This document shows, one piece after another, positions 57,701-64,000 of a stretch of DNA of 64,000 nucleotides. The position numbers and the translations under genes were made by a program. Under the pieces are notes generated by a model that was not told the origin of the DNA, ran no database searches, and saw nothing but the letters and a program-made list of their open reading frames with translations. The stretch spans positions 755 to 64,754 of IMG/VR virus record IMGVR_UViG_3300022919_000005. One strand, written 5' to 3'. The stretch's first letter is position 1. The number at the start of each line of letters is the position of its first letter. This stretch comes from a virus. Lineage: Duplodnaviria > Caudoviricetes.

Positions 57701-58784
57701 GCGTCTCCGGCGGGACCGTGGACAGCGCGGGGTCGAGCCCCAGCTGCGGGAGCGCCGACGCCGGGGTCTCCACGACGGGCTGGTCTTGGAACGGCAGCGC
57801 GGGCTGCTGCTCGGTGGCGGTGCCGCCGGTGAGATCGAGGCTCGGCTGGAAGCCCTCCTGATCCTGCGGGGTAAGCTGCAGCTCGTTGCCACGCGCTGCG
57901 GACCCGGCGAGCGCGGCGTCGACATGCGCCATGATGTCGTCGGTCGTGACGTCGGCCGCGGGCTTGACGTTGACCGCCGTGCGCCGGAAGCCGCCGCCTG
58001 CGCCGAGCACGCCGCCGACCGCGAAGGCGGTGACCGCTGCGTTGACATATTCGCCGGCGGCATCGGCGCTCGAGACGTCGAGCCCGGCGGCATAGCGCTC
58101 GCCGACCTGCTGCCCTGCTTCCGTCACGGCCTCGACCCCGCCGGCCTTCAGGACCGACTTGGCGGTGCGCGCGAGGAAGCCGCCGGTCTGCTTGGCGGCG
58201 AGCCCGCCGATCAGGCCCCCGATGCCGGGCAGGTAGCGATCCACGAGGATGTCCGACGCTGCCTGGGGGACGGCGACGGCCAGCGCGCGCTCGGCGGCGT
58301 CCTGCGACAGCGAGCCCGTTTCCTGCACCGCGCGATCGACGTTGGCAGCCGAGAATTGGGGCACGCCGCCCGCGATCGCACCCGCGACAGCACCGGGAGC
58401 ACCGCCGACGAGGGCACCGCCCACGCCGCCGACAACCCCGCCGACCATGTACGGCAGCGAGGCAGCGAGGTTTTCACCGACGAAACGGCTGATACCGACC
58501 CGACCGGAGGTCAGATCGTCGACATTGGCGGGCGCGGCCTGGGCGGCTGCCGCGGCGCTGCTGCGCAAGCCCTGCTGGTAGAACGCCTCGTCTGGCGCGG
58601 TGAGCGTGCCGGTGAGCTTCTGTGCCTGATACGGCAGGCCGTAGCGCACCTGCCCGATCGCGCCCTGCGCGGCGGCGCCGAGCACGGCACCGAGACCGGG
58701 GCGTTCCGGCGCGGCCGGGGCAGCACTGCGCGCGAGCGCGGCGACGACATCGTCACCGACTTCGACGTTACCGATCTTGGGCAT
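51786..58784 (-). CDS. giant internal virion/ejection protein with zincin-like HExxH and PLxRFG-like domain (polyvalent type)
   Basis: 2332 aa; Gly/Ala hydrophobic N-terminus, VAHEMLH...EVLAW, PYFHLGRFG. Confidence 0.8.
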   Translation of the reverse strand: MPKIGNVEVGDDVVAALARSAAPAAPERPGLGAVLGAAAQGAIGQVRYGLPYQAQKLTGTLTAPDEAFYQQGLRSSAAAAAQAAPANVDDLTSGRVGISRFVGENLAASLPYMVGGVVGGVGGALVGGAPGAVAGAIAGGVPQFSAANVDRAVQETGSLSQDAAERALAVAVPQAASDILVDRYLPGIGGLIGGLAAKQTGGFLARTAKSVLKAGGVEAVTEAGQQVGERYAAGLDVSSADAAGEYVNAAVTAFAVGGVLGAGGGFRRTAVNVKPAADVTTDDIMAHVDAALAGSAARGNELQLTPQDQEGFQPSLDLTGGTATEQQPALPFQDQPVVETPASALPQLGLDPALSTVPPETQLELGQRFTDNLSPVDLPAIGTQVSPEAEAALRGAVPAGVPFAGAQPRLDLTGASPTAIAAAQQGMVPGGDLATPVAAPALRLFNDDPLAELQAASKAKDASPEVKAAADEEIATRYQEAAGDIAPTGDFQQRLTELKDGIRGSFTQKLTATSPQELVTKVYDEVFVNQNTASNVTKLAQRLGLLDDALEPTAKSNTIEQERLTALQAEAAAPSAPVAPAPVPVATSTTEAVAPDVVETAPAANDPAFAQQWEELKKAAGITRNRSGAALAFTPANLQQAQATVFRAIATDTSNAAVSQNEKLARTMGLVTDNDAMDITPLGRATFLRTPEGAADVQQAAVEQGYAAAGTAAFQAGVNEQIGGPAATYTSFEDLAAHAAGKAWARNVVENETTANGAGAQAAQARIDARRTGVAVDRASVARTELSPGQIQQQGLNSLLDTVDLSNVKDTDVSMLRRMIRDGAPAAEVGQALADAQGGKTLFRQTPSPERVLSPLPVRGQPIFREMNTPERGPTKTESRRRNAEAVRAYELRNLIDQTLEDGGITAARAAKFHEMLDAGEVSRVALLMSKFGGIAHAAYDTSVLERLLKMDLPTTRDGFAAGRGMDDRRAAQYRKDFWRGKQSQEVTEAQALGVFGHADPALEAGLDGKSFAEAGDFVAANAPSPATREVMTRVMALAKQIEANGHRFEFKVVRPGDSVPIRLNNPGVKALTVFRYDPNTTTVYVKGTAMGESQGVNYQLVAHEMLHAVTMRVMNEGQFVRSADTKLGQARKDMTDLRNAIVQHFNARAAAGNLSAFEQQYYERQTNSLANVDEVLAWGLTNPEMQRYLQTIAYKPKQSVFSRFVEVMRNLLGLDPKQDTALTELLRVSEQVLALDARELAPAYARNDPDADATATLEAPAASGSGARSVMDANTATIAAADLAERAATGINLADKAVGVRRVLLGWRSRNDLDRAFGNILPAMVDNSNAQRQQDAVRGRMATMGAQAVQNFEQLERANPKAANMVNQLMLSTTQFQLDPDKAFDDHEHLKDDPNLPALKRLHGELVKMKNDLSRGDGAGIKMFNEFRRRNETLNYARMATELHHIVAVDREFALGVEGASVNPADVFMTLPNLSTAEETHAYWQGAVQDQLKAITAFVNQKKGEAEVGTPSEQRGLLQHIAPIEAKIAATYESLKGMARAPYFHLGRFGDNYGAATIRKLDDGTVDPVAQRHVAEALEAAGFRNAEISADNRRPKLSIRFETVQQTRAFEQLMLGLKQQGWLDADSKIEAGPRERADNFGTGDSMPSYVRSYIQAIENDPRYVPEPEMTQAEKSALAAQRDTAVQIARDTWIASMPDSSVSKVLTARYTIPGFDPDMTRNFAHRWNVGSNAIAGMSQAAKLTNSHMEMRAQVAEARVAGNDQDAYLAADLLTEIKKREARNPLNENATGFDRLRAFGHAYFLGFSPAYGMIQLMQVGTNGIPELAKKNGYAKSFHAVRRATPKAFAILKAAASEARAQGWKHAADITLTENVLTKAGLSPRETGFLRHMIATGSLDIGASAFALEAVARNNGGGGKLRKGTDVALKYASAIGMYTETASRLITSLAAADLHGGENVQESAKYAQNVVSNSMFDYQSWNTARQMGKQGFAGPVTPLLTQFMTYSAQMTEKLFSEVGNAIAAPRAGESTESATQRRQESRTYLLGHLTAITGLAGTLGLPFASVFATAIGKLVDTADNDDDPYDATASWRGFLADVLGKDVAEVVARGLPRAAGFDISSRVGEADLLPFSQLLGDKRSWREAVQATLGRSAGASPDMLLNLADGGEAFGRGDVVGGMKAFLPVAFKGPTEAYRMTTQGYVDTKGTKLPITPKASSILWQLLGFNPSEKAEYSEARGDQASRRVVITREANVLRSGIVKALRTGDTERARELVADAQKFDQDNPAFAVLPSVPGALKRQATTTATARATSTPLGVKAKDIAGRALTGYANFGY

Positions 58785-59887
58785 TATTCAGGCTCCTGCA
58801 GGCCCTGCAGCGCAAGCCCCGACATATTCGCACCGGCCAGCGTCGCCAGATAGTTGGCGTATTTCGAGGTCGCGTTGGCGATCGCGGTGTCCTGCGCGGG
58901 ACCGGGCGCGATCTTGGTGGCTGCCGCGAGGTCCGCCTTGTACGTGGCGTCGACCGCCGATGCGGCTGCACCGACGACCTTGTCCTTGCTGGTCTGGCCC
59001 TGCTTCACCGTCGCCGGGATCAGCTCGCCGAGCCCCTTGATCTCGTTGAAGGTGGCCCCGCCCTGCAGCGCCTGCGCGATGGTCTGGCTAAGGGCGTCCT
59101 GCGCGGTGATCGGCGTGGCCTCGGCCATGCGCCCCTGCATCATCGCCTGGGTCACCGCCGTGCCGCTGCGGGGGTCTGCGCCGGCGGCGATCGCCGCGTC
59201 GACCTGCTGCTTGCGCGTGGTGGGGCTGACCGCCGCGGCTGCCTTGACGCCGGCCGCGGTGCTGCCCTTGGACCCGAACAGCCCACCGATGAAGCTCTGG
59301 ACGCCGCCGGGGCCCATGACCGCGTTGCCGAGCGCGTCATCCGCGGCGAGCGGCCGGGCCACCAGATCGCCGGCCGCGCCGACGGCGTAGCGCCCGATGC
59401 CGCCCACGACGTTGCCGGCCGCACGCAGGGGATCGCCGGCGGCGACGCTGTCGCTCACGCCCTGCGCCGTCGCGACGCGCGCGGCGTTGATCCCCGGAAA
59501 GCTGGTCTGCAGGAACGCGCTGGCCCGATCGAGCAGGCCGGCGCCAGGAGCCGCCGCGCTGGGGGTCATGGCGCGCATGAGCCGCGCCGCGCTGGGCGCC
59601 GGGACATCCTGGGTGACCGGACCCTGCACGAGCGAGACCGGCGGGACATAGGACATGCCGCGACCGGCCGGCGGGGTGAACGCGTTGGCGCGCGCGAGCG
59701 CGATCGCCGCCGAGCTGGCGGCGATGTCATCGGGGCTCGAGCGCGTCATCTTCGACGGCACCACCACGACCGGATCGGCGATGCGGGACATCCCACGGCC
59801 TGCGGGAGGGAGGAAGGCGCCGGCGCGCGCGCGATCGATGATGATGGCGTTCTGGCGCCGCAGCGCGGTTTCGTCTTTGGTCGCCAT
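58784..59887 (-). CDS. putative internal virion protein
   Basis: Ala/Gly-rich; short repeat ARA.AF.PPAGRGMS occurs twice. Confidence 0.7.
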   Translation of the reverse strand: MATKDETALRRQNAIIIDRARAGAFLPPAGRGMSRIADPVVVVPSKMTRSSPDDIAASSAAIALARANAFTPPAGRGMSYVPPVSLVQGPVTQDVPAPSAARLMRAMTPSAAAPGAGLLDRASAFLQTSFPGINAARVATAQGVSDSVAAGDPLRAAGNVVGGIGRYAVGAAGDLVARPLAADDALGNAVMGPGGVQSFIGGLFGSKGSTAAGVKAAAAVSPTTRKQQVDAAIAAGADPRSGTAVTQAMMQGRMAEATPITAQDALSQTIAQALQGGATFNEIKGLGELIPATVKQGQTSKDKVVGAAASAVDATYKADLAAATKIAPGPAQDTAIANATSKYANYLATLAGANMSGLALQGLQEPE

Positions 59888-59888
59888 G

Positions 59889-60656
59889 TCAGCTTTCCCA
59901 GCTAAATCCGCCGCGCCCGAAACCCCAGCCGGTCGGTGCGAACATCTTCATCATAGCCGTTTTGCGCGCTTGCGCCACATGCACCTCGAACATCTGCCGG
60001 AACTCCTCGGCGCGCTTCGGGTTGCCGGCGTCGTCATCGACGATGCGCAGCGCCAGATATGCCGCCCAGTCGAGCATCTCGATGTGGTGATCCTCGGGGA
60101 TTTCCGGGGTCGCGTTGAGGTTGGCGAGCACCAGGGGCTCGATCGGCTTGCGTACGACGCGCAGGCGCAGCGTCTCGCCCTCCTGCCGGGCGGTCGGGGT
60201 CGGATAGACCCGCAGGCTGATCTGGCTGAAGCTGTCGCCGTCGATGCTGTTGAGCGCCTCGTCGGTCGAGAAGGCGAGCGTCGGGCCCGGCTGGTGCCCC
60301 TCCCACTGCGCGGGGTCGTGCCAGCGCTCGGTGGGCGCGCGATACATCGAGAAGATCGAGTGGCCCACGCGGGTGAGGTCAGCGCGCTGCGCCGCGTTCT
60401 TGGCGGACATGACCGAGATCACCGACGGGTGGACGGAGTAGACGTCCTTGCCGGCGACCAGCGTGATCAGGGTCGCCTCGTCGGTCGTGGAGTCGCGAAG
60501 GATCAGGCCCTTCACGGCGAAGCGCCGCTGCGCCTCGTTGATGTAGGTGACCAGCGTCTGGTCCTCCCACAAATAATCGCTCGAACCGCCCACACGGTCC
60601 GAGCGATCATTCAGGATCGATCCCCGCAGCAGCGCCAAAAGCTCCCGCAGTATCAT
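59889..60656 (-). CDS. head-tail adaptor/connector protein
   Basis: W.D..L..YINEA, ..YPTP, PEIPE..H....DWA.Y.A. Confidence 0.75.
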   Translation of the reverse strand: MILRELLALLRGSILNDRSDRVGGSSDYLWEDQTLVTYINEAQRRFAVKGLILRDSTTDEATLITLVAGKDVYSVHPSVISVMSAKNAAQRADLTRVGHSIFSMYRAPTERWHDPAQWEGHQPGPTLAFSTDEALNSIDGDSFSQISLRVYPTPTARQEGETLRLRVVRKPIEPLVLANLNATPEIPEDHHIEMLDWAAYLALRIVDDDAGNPKRAEEFRQMFEVHVAQARKTAMMKMFAPTGWGFGRGGFSWES

Positions 60657-60674
60657 GACCCAGCCCCCAAACGG

Positions 60675-61493
60675 TTAAACCCGGCGGTAGGGGTACTTGC
60701 TCCGCTGTCGATAGGAAAGGACTTTCTGGCTCTCGCGATCCACGACCGGGGCCGACATGACCGCGTCGTCGAGCACGCCGAGCAGGAAGTCAGGCACGTC
60801 GACCTTCTCGCCCGGCACGATCTGGTAAGACCGGCCGTTGTGCCCGATGAACAGGCCCGTCGGCGGGATGCTCTCGTTTTCCTCGAGCACGATCGTGACG
60901 ACGTCGAAGCCGGCCTTCTTGAACAGGCCCTTGTGCTCTTTCGACATCTCGCCGGCATACTTCTGCGGCGCGTCGAGCGGGACCCGCCCGGCCGTATCTT
61001 CCGGGGCTGCGTTGGCCATCACCTGGGTGATGTTCTGCGCGCCGCCGAGAATCTGCTTCAGCAGGTCGGACATTTCCTTGACCTGACCCTGCAGCACGGA
61101 GTTGGCCTCCTCCTGCGCGTCGAGGCGCTCCTGCAGCTTGGTTTCCTTGGCGGCTGCTGCGGGGTCCGCAACAGGCGGCTCGGCGGGCGGCGCGGGCGGC
61201 GGCGGCGGGGCGATGCCGGCGGCACCCTCCTGCGCGCGCTCGGCCGGCGTGCGGTTGTCGCCGTTGTCGCCCGGCGCCGCGCCCAGCTGGCTGGTCACCA
61301 TGCCCAGGGGCGGCTGCTGCTCCATGTGGCCCTCGGCCTCCTCGAACGACTTGGCGAGCGCCTCGGCGCGCTGATCAGCCGCTTCCTTGCCGCGCTCGCG
61401 CACTGCTTCGGAGAGCTTCGGATGGGTGAGGTCGTAATAGCCGCCGCCCGTCGGGGTGATCTTTACGCCCTTGATCTCGTATGCGTCGCTCAT
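60675..61493 (-). CDS. hypothetical virion-associated protein
   Basis: C-terminal G.NG..Y.I..G..V.VP...L..A motif often found downstream of N4-type capsid genes. Confidence 0.7.
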   Translation of the reverse strand: MSDAYEIKGVKITPTGGGYYDLTHPKLSEAVRERGKEAADQRAEALAKSFEEAEGHMEQQPPLGMVTSQLGAAPGDNGDNRTPAERAQEGAAGIAPPPPPAPPAEPPVADPAAAAKETKLQERLDAQEEANSVLQGQVKEMSDLLKQILGGAQNITQVMANAAPEDTAGRVPLDAPQKYAGEMSKEHKGLFKKAGFDVVTIVLEENESIPPTGLFIGHNGRSYQIVPGEKVDVPDFLLGVLDDAVMSAPVVDRESQKVLSYRQRSKYPYRRV

Positions 61494-61759
61494 GTTGCGG
61501 GGCCCTTTGCGTCTTTGGCGAATTTGTCGAAAGCGGACGAATACTCGTCTGCCGGAAGCGCGATGTCCATAGCCTTCTCGATGAAGGTCAGGGTCTGATC
61601 CTTGGTGTCGAAGATGTATTCGACCGAGGGGTCCTTCCAGGGGCCGCTGGGGCCGTCCTTGGAGTCGCGCGCCCGGTTCGCTTCTTCGATCTTGGGGTCG
61701 GTGGCGGTGACCTTGTAGCCCTCACGCTCACGCTCGATGCGGATGCTGTTATAGCCCAT
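61490..61759 (-). CDS. hypothetical protein
   Basis: MGYNSIRIERE...; ATGA coupling. Confidence 0.65.
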   Translation of the reverse strand: MGYNSIRIEREREGYKVTATDPKIEEANRARDSKDGPSGPWKDPSVEYIFDTKDQTLTFIEKAMDIALPADEYSSAFDKFAKDAKGPAT

Positions 61760-61819
61760 ACAAGATAGCCCCCGCCCCATTATTCGTTGGCGGGTGGGGC
61801 GCGAACCCCACCCAGCCTG

Positions 61820-62131
61820 TTACCGTGCGAACCAGACGAGCGCGTCGGCTGCGCCGTTCATCGCCGCAGAGACGATGAAGCCGCGATCGGTGAGCACGAT
61901 GGCCGACGTCGTGTCGAGCGTCATGGTGCCCGCCGTGACCGTCTTGATCGTCTCGGTGGCGAGCATGCCATCGATCTTCTCGTGCTTGATGACGTCGGTC
62001 TTGTTGAACACCGTCACGAACTTCGGACGCCAGCCGCAGGTGACCGAGAGCGCCGTGCCGTCGCCGGTGGCAATGCCGCATGCGCTCTGTGCGATGCCTG
62101 CGCTGTCGCGCGAAACCTTACCCGTTGCCAT
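61820..62131 (-). CDS. putative capsid decoration/minor structural protein
   Basis: follows the major capsid gene; GW.PK.V.V.N motif. Confidence 0.65.
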   Translation of the reverse strand: MATGKVSRDSAGIAQSACGIATGDGTALSVTCGWRPKFVTVFNKTDVIKHEKIDGMLATETIKTVTAGTMTLDTTSAIVLTDRGFIVSAAMNGAADALVWFAR

Positions 62132-62162
62132 GATCTTCTACCCCTTCAGGAATGTGCCAAAT

Positions 62163-62184
62163 CGGGAGGGTGTGACCCCTCCCG
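62163..62184 (-). other. hairpin downstream of the capsid gene
   Basis: CGGGAGGG-tgtgac-CCCTCCCG; a second hairpin lies at 61792-61813. Confidence 0.5.
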
Positions 62185-62196
62185 ACCGTGACGAAC

Positions 62197-63234
62197 TTAG
62201 TTGGTGCTGGCGACCTCGAGGCGGACCATGAAGGCCTCCTGAAGGATGACCGTGGCCGTCCACAGCTTCCAGCCCACGGTGCCGCGCTGACCGAGCGGAT
62301 CGCCGGCAGCAGGCTTCGGATTGACGACCATCGGGGTCATCGCCGAGTGGCCCTTCAGCGGCACGATCCCGAAGGCGTCGCGCGCGAAGTAGAGCACCGG
62401 ATAGACGTCGATGTTGACGCCGTTGTTGGCGCGCATCGTCGGGGCGGTCGCGACCACCACGCCGGCACCCTCGAAGGGCTTGGCGACGGTCGTTGCGATG
62501 TAGCGGACCTGCTCGACCGAGCCGATCTCGCCCTCCCACGGCGTCTGGTGGGGGCCGTAATCGGCCGTGACCTTGAAGCCCTGCATCTCGCGGATGTCGG
62601 TCTCGAGGTCGGGGTGAACCACCGCAACATAGCCGGCCTCGACCGACTTGGTGTTGAAGTCCGGCGTCGAGGCAACCACCGAAGTGATCTTCTTCGCGTT
62701 CTGGCGGTTCAGCGCCGTGGTCACGCGCCGCTGATCGGCGAGCGTGATCTTGGCGGCGACCAGCGACCGGCTCGCGACCTGATTGGCGTAGAACACGTTC
62801 GTGCCCGCCTTCAGGACGTTGAAGCGCAGCGTCTCGACCGTCTCCGCGGCGTTTTCACCGAGCAGGTCGGTGGCTTCCGCCAGGATGTTGTCGGGGTGCG
62901 TGTCGTTGACGACGTCCGTGATGGTCACGAAATCGCCGTACTGCGCCAGCTGGACGGTGTAGTCCTGATTGGCGAGCATGCGACCGTCGGGCGTGACGCC
63001 CTCGACCAGCGGCGTGGTTGCCAGCGGCGTGTAGAAGGTGCCCGAGCCGTTACCCGCCGAGCCGGTCGCGCCGGCCAGGAAGTAGCGGCGGAACTTCGCC
63101 GTCTGGGTGCTGTTCGTCGGCATCGGGTACGTCTGGCCGAACTTCTCGAAAACGAGCAGCGGCAGAGCACGCTTCAGCATGCGAACCACGGCCCAAGCCG
63201 CGAGCGAAGGAGAGATGTCGCCGTAATTTACCAT
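62197..63234 (-). CDS. major capsid protein, N4-gp56 family
   Basis: KFRRY, L.EGVTP, QYG, GEIG, DPLGQRG.VGWK. Confidence 0.92.
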   Translation of the reverse strand: MVNYGDISPSLAAWAVVRMLKRALPLLVFEKFGQTYPMPTNSTQTAKFRRYFLAGATGSAGNGSGTFYTPLATTPLVEGVTPDGRMLANQDYTVQLAQYGDFVTITDVVNDTHPDNILAEATDLLGENAAETVETLRFNVLKAGTNVFYANQVASRSLVAAKITLADQRRVTTALNRQNAKKITSVVASTPDFNTKSVEAGYVAVVHPDLETDIREMQGFKVTADYGPHQTPWEGEIGSVEQVRYIATTVAKPFEGAGVVVATAPTMRANNGVNIDVYPVLYFARDAFGIVPLKGHSAMTPMVVNPKPAAGDPLGQRGTVGWKLWTATVILQEAFMVRLEVASTN

Positions 63235-63257
63235 GAGCCGAGCCCCCTAGAGTGAAC

Positions 63258-63998
63258 CTAAATTGCCATCGTCGCAGCGTGCCGTTTGAACGCAGATTCA
63301 AAATCCTGGGTATCTTCACCCGCGGGAACCTGTGATCTCTCGCTACTGACTGGGGCCAAGGAACCTACCGCTTGTTTGGCAGCCTGGGACAGCTCTGTAG
63401 TTGTCGTCGCCGCCGGCTGGGCTGTTGGCGCCGGTGCGGTCCCTGCCGGCGCAGGGGCCGGGGAGGGTGCTGGCGCCGGGGCCGTCCCCGACTGCGCTCT
63501 GTAACGCCCGATCAGGTCCGCGACCTGCTCCGATGTTCCCGTCTGCATAACCTGCTTCATGCCGGTCTGCAAGTAGTCTGGTTGCGTCTCCACCCACGCG
63601 GACACATCGGCCTCGAGCGTCTCCGAATAATCGGGCACGAGACCGGCGACTTCCTGCGTGTGGAGCGTGTTGCCCATGCGCCGGACCTGCTCGATCGTCG
63701 GCGCGACGAAGTTGTTCACCTGCTCGAACACGAATTTGAGCAGGTCGTTATACTCGGCGCGGCGCAGCAGCTGCTCCGCCTTGGCGACATCCGGCCAGTT
63801 GGTCTGATATTCGGAGAGGGCGGTCTGCTCCTCCTCGGTGTAGATCGGCTCGGGCGCAGGATCGGCCGCAGCCGGCGCAGCCGGTGCAGGCGCCTGCTGA
63901 CCCATCTTCTCCACCAGGGCGGCGACGATGCTCTCGGGCGTCGGCTGTGCCGTCGGCGCCGGGGTCGGCGTCGGCGTCGGCGTGGGCGTCGGCGTCGG
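63258..63998 (-). CDS. putative scaffolding protein (5' end beyond window edge)
   Basis: open to the window edge (PTPTPT...); acidic and helical; immediately upstream of the major capsid gene. Confidence 0.7.
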   Translation of the reverse strand, partial: PTPTPTPTPTPTPAPTAQPTPESIVAALVEKMGQQAPAPAAPAAADPAPEPIYTEEEQTALSEYQTNWPDVAKAEQLLRRAEYNDLLKFVFEQVNNFVAPTIEQVRRMGNTLHTQEVAGLVPDYSETLEADVSAWVETQPDYLQTGMKQVMQTGTSEQVADLIGRYRAQSGTAPAPAPSPAPAPAGTAPAPTAQPAATTTTELSQAAKQAVGSLAPVSSERSQVPAGEDTQDFESAFKRHAATMAI

Positions 63999-64000
63999 GG

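Noticed and set aside
51786-58784. N4-like virion RNA polymerase using the palindromes as hairpin promoters
   Set aside because: I could not find single-subunit RNA polymerase motifs, the hairpin lacks a GNA-type triloop, and sigma70-like promoters are present.
53610-58853. 1747-aa + strand ORF and other long antisense ORFs (407-1936, 1933-3456, 32700-34175, 51429-53549 and similar)
   Set aside because: They are shadow frames of real genes in high-GC DNA, with Arg/Gly/His-rich composition, no motifs and no RBS.
1-64000. Integrase/att site, tRNA genes, DGR or reverse transcriptase
   Set aside because: None is recognisable in the window. The short missing part of the genome cannot be assessed.
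63940-64000. GGCGTC tandem repeat as a DNA-level element
   Set aside because: It encodes the Pro-Thr linker of the scaffolding-like protein on the - strand.

Overview
The window is almost a complete ~65%-GC tailed-phage genome, probably of podovirus type. It starts inside the portal gene and ends inside a probable scaffolding gene, so it looks like a circularly permuted genome missing a short piece. There are two opposed arms. The + arm (5.4-41.1 kb) holds early small genes, a MoxR-type AAA+/vWA-peptidase module, a lysis cassette and replication genes (family A polymerase, exonucleases, VRR-NUC, SNF2 helicase, SSB-like protein, primase/DUF927). The - arm (41.1-64 kb plus 1-4.75 kb) holds the virion and packaging genes (N4-gp56-type capsid, 2332-aa ejection/polyvalent protein, tail, terminase, portal). 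I saw no integrase, tRNA or CRISPR array. Four observations stand out. (1) Seven tandem, translationally coupled ~100-aa genes directly follow the AAA+ and vWA-metallopeptidase genes. They have divergent N-termini but a shared C-terminal motif, making them a candidate adaptor array. (2) A 17-bp palindrome, CGTCAGATCATCTGACG, occurs 13 times and mostly sits 16-24 nt before early-gene start codons. (3) A family of sigma70-like promoters carries a TTGGCCAA palindrome. (4) A membrane-anchored PAS-like protein heads the lysis cassette. All functional calls come from motif recognition by eye; no database search was run.
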